From Octopus vulgaris (Eukaryota), in contig OX597829.1 in NCBI GenBank assembly GCA_951406725.2, positions 54,932,001-54,996,000 on the forward strand: a stretch of DNA of 64,000 nucleotides, read 5' to 3'. The translations under genes and the position numbers were made by a program. Of this stretch, positions 49,406-63,084 are shown in pieces (position 1 is the first letter of the stretch; every line of letters begins with the position of its first letter). The notes below the pieces were generated by a model, which was given only the letters and a program-made list of their open reading frames with translations, was not told the DNA's origin and did not search any database.

Positions 49406-50463
49406 TATGTATGTATGTATTATGTATGTGTATGTGTATGTGTGTGCTTATGTTTGTCCTATAACACTGCTTGACAACTGGTGTTGGTTAGTTTATGTCC
49501 CTGTAACTTACAAGTTTGGTGACAGAATAAGTACGAGACTAACAAATAAGTACTGTGGTTGATTTTTTTTTCAACAAAACCCTTTAAGGCAGTGCCCCAG
49601 CATGGTCACATTCCAATGATTGAAACAAAGTAAAAGATAAACGTTAAAGATACACACACGATTTAACTTTGTGTATATTAGTAATCAAACATGAATTATT
49701 TCTTGTGTTATGAGGAGATTTAAGATTTCTGGAGTTGTTTTTGAACTTACCAAATGCCTTTAAACAATATTGGGCAATGACTATTGATTATTTCTAGTTG
49801 ACATACTGACTTCTCTCTCTCCAATACACACACACACACACACACACATATAAAGTGGTGAAAAAGGATCTACAGACACTGGTACCCTCAGGGGAGATGA
49901 CAGGGGAACGAAACACCTGGCAGGTTGCTGTGCTTGAAAAGACATGTCAGGCTAAGTAAAAGCATGGTGGCCCTTGCATACAGGCTCGTCCCTTGCAACC
50001 ACCTCCAGCTGAGCATCCCTAATCTCGTGGGCTCATGGGTGCCGGTGCCAAGTAAAAAGCACCTGTGCTAGTGCTGCATAAAAGGACTCAGTACTCTCTA
50101 TAAAGTGGCTGGCATCCAGCTACAGAAACCCTGCCAAAACAGACATGGAGCCTGAATAGCCCTTCAGCTGCCCAGCTTCTGTCAAACCGTCCAACCCATG
50201 CTAGCATGAAAAATGGACATTAAATGATGATGATATATATATATAATAATACAAATAAGAAAATGGAGGAATAGATTCCTTTCAATCATCGACTTACAGA
50301 TAATACCAATTCATATAATTTATTAACTAATTAAATAGGAACATCCAAATCCGACAGAATAAAACAATAAAACAATATACATCAATAAGTAAGATAATAC
50401 CATAAAAATATTACATATAAAATGGATCTTACAGCTGTTTCAGCCTGTAGATAAAGGTACCTC

Positions 50464-50504
<41 letters not shown>

Positions 50505-50945
50505 CTAATATTTCTATTATATATATATATATATATATATATACATACATACATATCAGGCACGTGCCATCAGTAATTACTCAGGGTAGACAGTTGGTGA
50601 TGTTTATGTAGTAAAACACACACAAAAATAAGCGAAACACAGCCACTTGACTGAGTCAAAGGCAGATTTACTTCTGCCTTTATATTATGTAAAGAAAACG
50701 GTGTTGTAGGAGTGTAGTAGAGCAGTACTATGCGTAGATTAAATACTGAGATTGAAAAGCAGGGGAGAATTATGCCTACTTAATCAACAAAAACATAGAA
50801 TATTTTGTATTTTATGCATAGTAATCAGAGTAACCTTCTGAATTTTATTGAATTAGGGGCATATTTTGCCATAAAAGGAAAATGTTGCTATCAATCTATA
50901 CTTTATACATACATACATATATGTAGAGAGATGAATGCATATACA

Positions 50946-50999
<54 letters not shown>

Positions 51000-51000
<1 letters not shown>

Positions 51001-52260
51001 TTGGACAATAAACTATGCTTGCGAAGACCTGTTGAGGCAAGTGAAATTGTTGTCGTGACCGATGACAGTACCGCCTGATTGGCACCCATGCCATTGGAAT
51101 GTTAAAAGCACCATTCAAGCGTGATCATTGCCAGAGATGCTGACTGGCTCCTATGCCGGTGGCATGTAAAAAGCATCATTCAAGTGTGATCGTTGCCAGA
51201 GTCACCTGACTGCTCCCATGCAGGTGGCACATAAAAAGCACCATTTGAGTGTGGCTGATGCCAGTACTGCCTTGTGCTGGTGGGACATAAAAGTACCCAC
51301 TACACTCTCAGAGTGGTTGGCATTAGGAAGGGCATTCAGCTGTAGAAACATTGCCAGATCAGATTGGAGCCTGGTGCAGCCACCTGGTTTGCCAGTCCTC
51401 AGCCAAACTGTCCAACCCATGCCAGCATGGAAAGCAGACATTAAACGACGAATAAATGAGGACAGCTATGTGGAAAAGGGTCACACAGTAGCAGTTGAGG
51501 GAATCTGTGGAAGTGGTAGACCAGAGGAAGACCTGGCATGAGGTGTTGAAGTATGACCTTTGAACATTGGTTCGAAGGTCATGCTTCACCACCTTATACC
51601 AGGTCTCATACCAGGCAATGACTAGTGACTGAGACCTTTGGAGATATGCTGTGCTTGACAAGACCTGACAAGGCAAGTGAGACCATAGCCCATGGCCTAT
51701 GCCAGTGGGTGTAACCAGCCCACTTATGAGTACTTTCATTCACTGGAAATAAACTTTGCTTGCAAAGATCTCTAGAGGCAAGTGAAATCAAATCAAAATC
51801 GCTGACGTGTCCAATGGCAGTACCACCTGATTGGCACTTGTGACAGTGGAATGTTAAAAGCACATCCGAGTGTGATCGTTTCCAGGGCCATGGATTGGCT
51901 CCCATGCTGGTGGCATGTAAAAGGCAACATTCAAGCGTGATCATTGCCAGCGTCGCCTTACTAGCACGTGAAAAACATTTGAGTGTGGTCATTGCCAGTG
52001 CTGCCAGACTGGCTCCCGTGCAGGTAGCATGTAAAAAACACCTTTTGAGCATGATCGTTTCCAGAACTGACCCTCATGCCAGTGGCACATAAAAGCACCC
52101 TCTGCACTCCCGGAGTGGTTGGCGTTAGGAAGGACATCCAGCTGTAGAAACCTTGCCTGATCAGATTGAGCCTGGTGCAGCCTTCTGGCTCAGCAGTCCT
52201 CAGTCAAACCATCAAACCTATGCCAGCATTGAAAGCGGACATTAAATGATGACGATGATA
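51000..52260 (+). mobile_element. Two adjacent RTE 3' ends with ~60-bp internal tandem subrepeats
   Basis: Tails at ~51445 and ~52255; repeated aaaagcaccattcaagcgtgatcattgccag units. Confidence 0.75.
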
Positions 52261-52522
52261 TATATATATATATATATATAATATATAATATATATATAAA
52301 ACAGTACATGGAAAATGAGAACGGAACGAATCGAATCGACGCGAGGGCGCTGTCAAACAATAATGTAATAAATAAAATATATGCATACATACAAACATAT
52401 ATGTACGTACCTACATCTACATATATATGCATCTACATGCATATATAAATATATATACGTGAGTACAGGACACCACAACTAGACGTAGAACTCAACGAGA
52501 AACGAAAACGGAAAAACAAGCA

Positions 52523-52559
<37 letters not shown>

Positions 52560-52560
<1 letters not shown>

Positions 52561-52690
52561 TTTATTTTAAGCAGCAGAAAATTCAACAAAATCTGTTACT
52601 CTGAGTTTCTCGTTGCCGTTCGTCTGATGAACGGCAACGAGAAACTCAGAGTAACAGATTTTGTTGAATTTTCTGCTGCTTAAAATAAAG
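52560..52690. repeat. Perfect 62-bp inverted repeat with hammerhead-like core at its centre
   Basis: Arms 52560-52621 and 52629-52690; CTGATGA 52624-52630, GAAA 52641-52644. Confidence 0.85.
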
Positions 52691-52759
52691 CATATTACTC
52701 TACCACTGGTATTTGAGTACTCTTTTTTCCACCTTGTTTCACATTTATGTGTTTACTCC

Positions 52760-52799
<40 letters not shown>

Positions 52800-53084
52800 T
52801 TTCAGAATGGTACATTCTGAATAGAATAAGCAGAGCAAGGGCACACATGAATACAGAAGGTGTCACTGAGTAAGTCACAAATGTTTGATGAAAGATATCC
52901 GGACAATGGACATGAGTTGGAATAAGAACAGACATAAATGAGTCAAGAACTAATATATAGTGTGGGTGTTCATTTGACAAAAAAGAAAAGAAAAAAAAAA
53001 ACAATGATCATCCCGAAATACAACAAAATCTGCTTCAACACACAACGTCACACCAGGAATCTTGCAACACGAATTCATAAACAC

Positions 53085-53700
53085 ACACACACAGATATAT
53101 ATATATATATATACATACATACAAACATACATGTATATGTATACTATTAATGTGTATATGTATACACACACACACACATAGACGTGCACACATATACACA
53201 TGTATATATGCACATACATACACACATGTATATATGCACATACATACACACATGTATATATGCACATACATACACACATGTATATATACACATACATACA
53301 CACATGTATATATACACATACATACACACATGTATATATACACATACATACACACATGTATATATACACATACATACACACATGTATACACATACATACA
53401 TATGTATATATATACACATACATACACACATGTATACACATACATACATGTATACATATACACACATGTATACACATGTATATATACACATACATGTATA
53501 CATATACACACATGTATACATATACACACATGTATACATATACACACATGTATACACATGTATATATACACAAATACATGTATATAAACACACACACACA
53601 CACATATGCACATACATACACACACACACACATATATATTCATACACACATACTTACAAGGTGAGTAAAAGTGTACATACGCTGCTATATGTATATATAT
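53085..53700. repeat. Compound microsatellite containing a 7 x 26-bp minisatellite (53201-53382)
   Basis: Unit tgtatatat(g/a)cacatacatacacaca. Confidence 0.9.
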
Positions 53701-53890
53701 AAATATAAAAAATGGAACAGAAACTCAATAGAGGACTTTAAGCATCCAGACAGACAACCGATACAAAGGCAGGCAAGAAAAACAACAAATAAAGGGTCAT
53801 TCGTGGCCTTCTTTCCTCAGTCAAATTTTTAGATGGTCCTTGCAGTAACTGCCTGAAACTGTTTTTTTATATATATATATACACATACAT

Positions 53891-53943
<53 letters not shown>

Positions 53944-54025
53944 ACATACATTTTATTTATATATATATATAAAATAATTCGAGACAAAACCACTACTTTA
54001 CAAATCAAACAAGGAAAGAATTAAT

Positions 54026-54059
<34 letters not shown>

Positions 54060-56256
54060 ACATACATAGTAAATAAATATGTTATCTCTCTCCTGTTAAC
54101 TGTATCATCATCATTACTATTCCTGCTGTGTGCCCCATTCTCTTCTACATCCCTCTATCTTCCCTAACTCATAATTGTTCACCCAGCCTTCAAATCCTAC
54201 CCATTTTTGCAGTCTGCCTCACCATTGCTTCATCTCCTTCCTATTCAATCTTGCAAACCACTCACACATTCACCCACCTCTACTCACTTTGTACCTTGTA
54301 AAAGGCTGCCTGGGACACCTCATTGGCATTATCTCTTGCAGCCCCCTACTGATCACTTTCTCTTTTTCTATCTCTCCTTTTACTTCCAAACATGATTAAC
54401 CATGAAAATCCTCTACAAGGCTCTGACCTTACAACCTTCTCTTAATTGAATCCCCTCATCCTCTAACACAAAGATGACCTCCACCCCACCCCCACCCATC
54501 CACCTACACACACACACATCACAGGGTTCATAGATCTGCAAGCCGCATGGTTCAATAATACAGGTATGTACAAAGTACCCAGTGCATGCTGTAAAGTGGT
54601 TGGCGACAAGAAGGGCATCCAGCTATAGAAACCACGCCAAAGCAGACAGCAGAGCACAACACAGTCCCTGGACTCATTGGATCCTATCAAACCATTGTAT
54701 CCATGGCAACATGGAACATGAACATTAAGTAAAGACAGGGGAATCTTTTTGATGAATCTCTTCCAGAAGAAACTGATTACAAGAGAAATTCACAAAGTAA
54801 CTCAAATAATAGAAAATAAAGAAGCTGAAATTACAGTTGCAGAAAGAAATAACTAAATCAAGAAATTATATATATATATGCAACTGTAAATAATATGCAG
54901 ATTTTTATCTCTAAACACATTAGACAAAGGAATATAAATTAGCTTCGTAAACTATACAAAAAAAAAAAAAAGTAATGCTACCAAACACATGGACATTACT
55001 AAACACAGACCTAGTCATGTTACTTAATCTTTTCACCAATTTTCAATCTGCAACCAAAATACAACCATGAAAAAGAGAAAAGGAAAACTACTACATCAAA
55101 AACTAGGAAATATAAGGAACAAAACCATAATAAATATCAATGATGAACTTAAGACTTACATCATGATGAATGCAACAGAAATGGACAATCACAAAACAAG
55201 AACCAAATATATTCAATAATAGGTTCAAACATGCTGTAAATTACTTAAAACATATGACCACATAATTAATATATGCAAGAATGACAAAAACAAGTTGTTT
55301 CTAAGCATGGACTGAGATAAATCAACAATATACTAAAAGAGAAAACCATATTTACAAAAATCCCAACCAATTAAGATTCAAACTAAATAAAGGTAGTGCT
55401 ACCCATAGAAATCAAAGTTTATAAAGAATTTCTTTTGAAATGTATTTTCCCCAAAGTGTTTGGTTCTTAAGATGTTATAAAGTCCATACAGGCAGTATTG
55501 ATGGTGCAGTTGTGGATGGAAGTTATATCCTGTCATCTCTTCTGTTTTTGCATCAAAAAGTGAATGTATGCTAGAAAGTGGTACAATAACAACTGTCTAT
55601 GAGAAAATACCAATTCACTTCTCTTCTTTGTATTGTGACAGTGTTATCAAAACTATTGGAAGAATTGCTTAAAGAATAATGTATGGAGAAAATGCTTTAA
55701 GCAGTCTTAACTGGAATGAAATTGAAGATACATTATTCTGATATTGGGTGATTATGTTAATAGTGCTTTAATAAATCTCAATTTACTATAGATGGACCTA
55801 TAGAAATCCCGGTCATTGACCACTAACACAATTTCTCTTGTACATATTAGTTCACACACACACACACACACACTTACATACAGTTTTATCATTTGTGGGT
55901 GGATAGATGAGAAGGAAAAAAAGAGCTATTTTTTATTTAAAAAATACATATTAGTTTATTTACATTTAGTTTAATACATGCTATTTATTTAATAAATGTA
56001 ATTTGCAGAAAAATAAAAATAAAATATAAATCAATAATTGATAACATTGATCTAGCAAAATAAATATTACATCATTGTATCACTTGAATCAATATACCGG
56101 TAATTATCATTATCATAAATTCATATCATTATTTAAATACTTCTCTTTCTAAACATTTTTAGTGACACACCTTCCTTTTCATTTTCCTTGGTTACTGCTA
56201 TTAAGCTTAATAAACTTTCTGTTAGTTTCCTGGCCGTAGAGAATACAGCAAATAAC

Positions 56257-56457
56257 TCTTTTACTCTTTTACTTGTTTCAATCATTTGACTGCGGCCATG
56301 CTGGAGCACCGCCTTTAGTCGAGCAAATCGACCCCGGGACTTATTCTTTGTAAGTCCAGTACTTATTCTATCGGTCTCTTTTTGCCGAACCGCTAAGTGA
56401 CGGGGACGTAATCACACCAGCATCGGTTGTCAAGCAATGCTAGGAGGACAAACACAG

Positions 56458-56490
<33 letters not shown>

Positions 56491-56653
56491 CATATATACG
56501 ACAGGCTTCTTTCAGTTTCCATCTACCAAATCCACTCACAAGGCATTGGTCGGCCCGGGGCTATAGCAGAAGACACTTGCCCAAGATGCCACGCAGTGGG
56601 ACTGAACCCGGAACCATGTGGTTGGTTAGCAAGCTACTTACCACACAGCCACT
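56257..56653 (-). mobile_element. Near full-length tRNA/CORE-like SINE with internal (TA/TG) microsatellite
   Basis: Minus strand: A box tggctgtgtgg, B box ggttcagtccc, CORE-like cttgggcaagtg, tail gtaaaagagtaaaag. Confidence 0.85.
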
Positions 56654-59600
56654 ACTATTGCGCCTGTTCACAATTAAATACTAGTTGAGTTAAATTTGTA
56701 TGTTAGATGTTTGATCTAATGTTTTATTGTCACTGAATGAGTTAATCTAACAGGAAATTGAGCTTTTTTTATAAACAAACCTTCAATGCAATTACGATTT
56801 AAGTTAACAATTTCTCTATCTAGTTCCAGCACAAAGCCCTTCTGAATTGATATATTGCATAATGATAATGCAGCTTATCCTGTTTTCAAACTTAAGGTAA
56901 GCAGTGGCATTCCAGTTGGAGTGAGTAAAATAAATTTAGACATTTCCTGGGAGTTGTTCTCAACTCTCCTCATTTAAAGACAGGCAGCTGGAGTTCTCGA
57001 AAAATAAAAATGTTTACATGTGATTTCCTCTCCCCCTCAGATGTTTCACTAAAAACATAATTTAATAAACAATTTTCAATACATGAAGACGACGATGCTC
57101 TGATATTGTCTGGTGTTTAATACTGGCATAGTTAGAGTGATTCCAAGCAAAAGCAACCAATTTGCAAAGTCCTTTTATTTTTCTCTGGCTCTCAGATTTT
57201 GAGTTAGGCAATATTGCCTAATGCCACCAGAGGTGAAATTGTCTGAGGCATATATTAATAATAGCAGTATGTATGGTTTGTGGAACAAGCTAATATTTAT
57301 CTGTAAAATAATTCCCAATGAGATGATCTTTCCACCGAAAATACTATTGTACTTCAAGACAGTAATGTCTTGAAGACATTAACATCATGAATGGCAAAAG
57401 CAGGTTTCATGGATGCTTAACCAGTGAAAATAAAATTTTGATTCTCTGAAGAAATGAGTTTACTCGGAGACAGGAGATAAATTTACCAGTGCTTATATGA
57501 AGGATACTTGTAGTTTATAAGTTTTATTACATCCTCTTAGAGCACTTGATATGAAAGCAACTACATTCTGAAATTCTTCTTCTCTTCAACTGCATTTATC
57601 ATTACATTACATAATTTGGATTATTTAAATTAACTGAAAAATTTTAAATTTCTTGTTCATTATTTCCCTAAATTTTCTTTGTGGTTCAGGTAGTATTATT
57701 CTCTAACAATTTGTTCCACTTTCAATTAAAACTTTATTGTATGAAGAGTAAAATTTTCTGCATCTTCCCTTTTCACTCCTTATGTAAAAAAAAAAAATAA
57801 AGCTTTAAAAGAGTTCCAAAGCTGAATTACCTTTTTTCAGATTGAAAAAGAATAAAAAATAGCTGCAAAAATTATTCTTGTGATAGCATTCTAAATGCTG
57901 AAGCTTCTTCTGAAAGTGTTTTAAGCTCATTATCATTTTCTAATAACCTGGGCTGTAAGCAAGTTGGCATAATTTCTGCTTAAACTGTTCTCAATTCTTC
58001 ATAGTTTCTTGTTGCAGGAACATGAAGCAGTCTTAAGTAGAGGTAAAAAATTTCAACATTTCCAGACTTACCAAATACATGGAGAATAATGTGATTCTTT
58101 CTTTGACTATATTTTGGTCGTATTCATTGAAAACACAATGAAAAAGACTACAAGTATTGACAAGAATTTTCATTTTCCACAATGAATTCAAACCATGCAA
58201 TGGAATGTGTGACTGAGTCATGTCGAGCTTTTGCTGCTTGAAGAGCTTGTCCTCTTTGAAGATACACATTTTGGTGGTCAGAGAAATGAACAGCAAGTCT
58301 ATAAACTATGTGAGACATGTTATGCATCTTATACAGAGATAACCTCAACATGGCTTAAGAGGGTGATTCATATCTGTAGGACAGGTAAGACTTAATTTCA
58401 TCACACTCAGGCAGCTAATTTTGCTGTTCATTAATAATGCAAATTGTTTGATATTTCAAAGGAGTATAGTGATGGGCTTTATAGACATGAATATATTTGA
58501 TACTTTTCGCAGATAAACATAGGAGGGTTGTACTGAGAGTTATGCAAAAGCAGACAGAACTTTTTAATTGACTGACATATGTCATTCAAATTGCATTCAT
58601 TTAAATTATTAAGTGGGCAGAGTAACCCTTTCTCTATAACAGTGGTTCTGAACCAGGGTTCATATGCAACGAAATAGTAAACTGGGGATCCACAATAGCA
58701 TTTTAAGGGCCCTTGAAATTTTTTTTTTCACTTTAGATGTATGTGGTGGTATGTATTGCAAGAAACAGCTATGTTTCTTTCTCTCTGACATTTTACATAA
58801 TCAACCTACAGAAGGAAATGTGTGAAATATAAAATAGGAATTTTAAAAGAAGTTCCTACAAAATTAGTTTTTAAACATCTAATAGCTATGGCAGGGTCCA
58901 CCATAATAAAATAGTAATCAAAGAGGTCCTTAGATAAAAAAAATGGACCTCTACAATAACTCTTCATTCTCTACAGCAGGTAAATAATGTATTCCAAGCT
59001 GTCATTCAGGTGTTGTGCTGAATGATAGCTGCCATTCAGATATCATTGAAAGAGGAGTGCAGGCTGTGAAACATCCACAGAAGGCTACAGACTGTCAACA
59101 GAGACGACACCATTGAGAAGAGCAATATACAGAGAAAGATGAAGTTTCAAGTAGAGGAAACCAGCATTGAAAACAAACTCTACAGTAGGGGACCATTAAC
59201 TGTAATCTTTGATACAAATTGAAAGTGAGTGGATGAACTGGTTTGCATAGAGAGACAAGTCACAATCTGCAATCTTTCTGCAAAAATGGACTGTAGTCAC
59301 AATGCATTACAGAAGAAAATTCTGAGCATCAGAAAGTGTATAAAGTAGGTACCTCAGCAATTGACAATTTGAAGGAGAGAATGGAGAAACTTTACTCTGA
59401 TCAGCTGGAAGTATATAAAGCCAATGGAGAAACATTTGACTTTTCAGATCTGGTGACAGACAATGAAATGTAGACGTTTATGATTTGGAAATGAAGGATC
59501 AGTCCATGGAATGGAATCATACCTCCTCTCGAAGGCCTAATTTCAAGGATCAATGAACAGTACAGAAAGTCATGGTAACTTTTTCCTCTTTTTTTTTTTT

Positions 59601-59732
59601 TTAAGGGTGATGAGGGTGTTGTTTTCCTTGATTTTTCTGGAATGTAGCTGGAATCTAAACAGGGACACTCAAAAAGCTTAGGGAAGGCATTAGGAGGAAG
59701 ACACTGAACAGGAACCTGTAAACAATCCACAT

Positions 59733-60002
59733 TCATCATCATTGTTTAACGTCTGCTTTCCATGCTGGCATGGGTTGGACGGTTTGACTGAGGACTGGTG
59801 AACCAAATGGCTGCATGCCCTTCCTAATGCCAACCACTCCAAGAGTGTAGTGGGTGCTTTTTACGTGCCACCGGCACGGGGGCCAGTCAGGTGGTACTGG
59901 CAATGGCCACACTCAAATGGTGCTTTTTATGTGCCACCTGCACAGGAGCCAGTCCAGCGGCACTGGCAACGACCTCACTCAAATGGTTTTTTCACGTGCC
60001 AG
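59733..60002 (-). mobile_element. RTE 3'-UTR element with subrepeats
   Basis: Reverse complement of the family at 17160 and 51000. Confidence 0.7.
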
Positions 60003-62334
60003 TAAGGCAATGCATTATCAAACATCTTTGACAACGAAACAACCTGGATCTTGCACCTTTCAACTTCTGCTTGTATAATCCAATGAAGGACATTTTCAGA
60101 GACAACAGTCTGATGCTACAAGTGATGAGTACACCCAAAGAGAGCTGCATTCAGTGATGGTGCAAGTGCAGTTCTTGTGATGTTAAGTTACTCTACCAAG
60201 ATATACGAGATGAACAACCTAAGTCAATTAATAAAAACGTTTTATGCCCAGTTTTTTTAAAAAATCATTTTTGAGAGAACCCTTGTACATCCAAATATAT
60301 ATGTTCATGTAATTTCTTCATCAAAAAGGATTTGTATAGCATTATGCTGTGGTTGTAAACAGCAAAAGTTGTTATGCTGTAATTCCATTATTACTCCTTC
60401 AGTTTTTTGGATAGCCATTTACATTAAATAATGTCTCTTTTTGAAAAGTATTTTCATGTATGCTCAATTTTCCATACAAGGGGAAGTGAGATGATTAAAA
60501 CCATGTGGCCTATTTCTACAGGAATTAATTCTGCTAAAGTCATTTGCATTTCTAATTTTGTCCTATCCCCTACCACCCCCACCCACAGAAAAATCAGTAC
60601 ATGATAGTGTGGAAGACTTCTTTTCAGAAATTCAATAGCCAACACATGAACTACTGGCAAACCAAGTAGTCTCCACTGTCCTTACCTTACCAGTCAACCA
60701 TCATTTTCTATATTTAATTAACGAATGTAAGTTTCAATTTAGCAATCAACTTGATTAATAGCACTTAATTGATGTAGGTTGTATAAAAACAATTAGTTAC
60801 AAAAACAAACAAAAAATTTCTGTCATATCCCCACACCCAACTCCAACTACAAACATCCCCAATGAGACCACTCCTACCAGAGTTTTTACTATATGACATG
60901 TGTTATGTGTGCATAGCATTTCTTTTATCTCTCTCTCTCCCCTGCCATGATCCCTTAGGGAAACAATCTGCCCTTTGTCTCTCTCTCTCTCCCTCCCTTC
61001 AACTAATTTACCTCACTCCTACCACTTTGCTCTCTCTCTCTCTCTGCTTCTTTTTAAACTACATACATAACAGCATTCCCTTTCTTCTACCTTTCACTAC
61101 TATTGCATTCCCCTCCACTAAACACACTTTTCTCCCTCGCTCTATTTGCCACTCTTCAACTTATCTCTCCACAATATTAAACACACAGACACACACACAC
61201 ACACATATACTAATAAATTAATCTCCTGCAAAATTATATCCATAAACACACAAATAAGATCCCCATACTTTCTTCTCATTCAAGGAGTATCTGCTCTAAT
61301 AAGAATATGCAAACAAAACTACCTGTGACCCAAAATATGCTGAATAAATACAGCCATTTATAAAAACTACCAAATAGGTAACACTATCGGAAAATACAGA
61401 GCAGAGATTTACAGTACCAGGTCACCAGAAGAGTTTCTAGAGGTTTTACAAGAAAACAACCAAAAAGGTACCATATCTATCCCAGAAGTAGAAAGTTTTT
61501 TCACTAACACTGCAAGAGCAGAAGCATTCAATAATAATATTGATAATCAGATAATATTTACAAATACTGAAATGTGTGTGTGAATTATAGTATGTTTGTC
61601 AAAAACCTGCAAGTGATGTGGATGATTGAAATGGCCTTTGAATATTCATAATAAAACAGACAGGAAAAGGAGCCAATACTGAAATGAGACATTGCTGCAG
61701 GTTTTGTTATCAGCCCTTTAAATGACTTTCAGAGCTCTCTCACGCTAAGGAAGAGCAATTATAGGCACACCAATAGGGTAAGCTCTGCAAGGAGCAGACA
61801 GACAGCCACCTCCTCCCTTCTCTTTCCAATGTGAGTTTAGAGGGATGTATTATCTAGGCAGATACCATGGTAGCTCTCAGCTATATTCCAGGTTACATCT
61901 AACCACATCAATTAGTATTTAACATCTGTGACTAGTATGGGTTGCCACTCACTTTGACCTAATTAGACAGAATCATGACTTTGACCACCATCTGGTGTGA
62001 AACCAAGGTCAACCCCACACAAGATTACAAACAGATCAGATTTCAGATTCAAAACAACCTTCATTCCCACTGAACCCTAACCAATAAACAACTGTTTTCA
62101 GTCCACTCCAGAGCCTAGCTGGTTGAAAGACCCTGAATGAAGCTGCACAGAAAATTGTCTGGTTGCATGTGCGACTGCCCATATGCTGTGCAGTGGAAAC
62201 ACGTGTAGGTCACCATAACCAAAAAAAAAATGTGCTGTATGAAATTGTGAAATAAAAGGAAATAAATTTGGATGTACCAGTCTTCATGTTCTCTATTATT
62301 ATAATTATAATTAATAATATATGTATCTATCTAT

Positions 62335-62346
62335 CTATCTAGACAC

Positions 62347-62389
<43 letters not shown>

Positions 62390-62626
62390 TAGATAGATAC
62401 ATAGATATGCAAGTGTATAATACATATATACATACACACACAGAGATAAACATATATACATACACACAGATATATATATACACACACACACAGATATATA
62501 CACACACGCATATATATATTTAAAGAATACAGAGAAAATGGAGAGGTAATTGAACTTTCTATAGATTGGTAACTAACCAGTATTTTCATTAGATTTATGA
62601 TCCCTTAATGAGGTTTATTACCTTTG

Positions 62627-62670
<44 letters not shown>

Positions 62671-62959
62671 CATACATATATACACACACACATACATACA
62701 TATGCATACATGTGTACAGATTGTCACCAACAGTAAACAACATGGAAAATGAAAACAAATAGAAAACAGGACAAATAACACAAAGAACAACCTTTCATCG
62801 GTTGTTGGTTGTCTCTCTACTCCTCATTTCAAGCATTGAACAAAATGAGGAGTACACAGACAGCTGACAACTGTTTGCATATTGAACTCATTTGTTTTTT
62901 TATTTTATGTTGTTTACTGTTGGTGACATCCTGTACCCATATATGCATGTGTGTGTGTG

Positions 62960-62997
<38 letters not shown>

Positions 62998-63034
62998 CAT
63001 ATGCATGCAGATGTATATATATAAGCATATATAT

Positions 63035-63083
<49 letters not shown>
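62335..63083. repeat. (GA)n, (TA)n and (CA)n microsatellite cluster enclosing an imperfect inverted repeat (~62700-62948)
   Basis: Direct inspection. Confidence 0.8.
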
Positions 63084-63084
63084 T

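Noticed and set aside
51090-52100. Regularly spaced repeats resembling a CRISPR array
   Set aside because: The intervening segments are homologous to each other rather than unique spacers; they lie in a LINE 3' UTR in eukaryotic DNA with no cas genes
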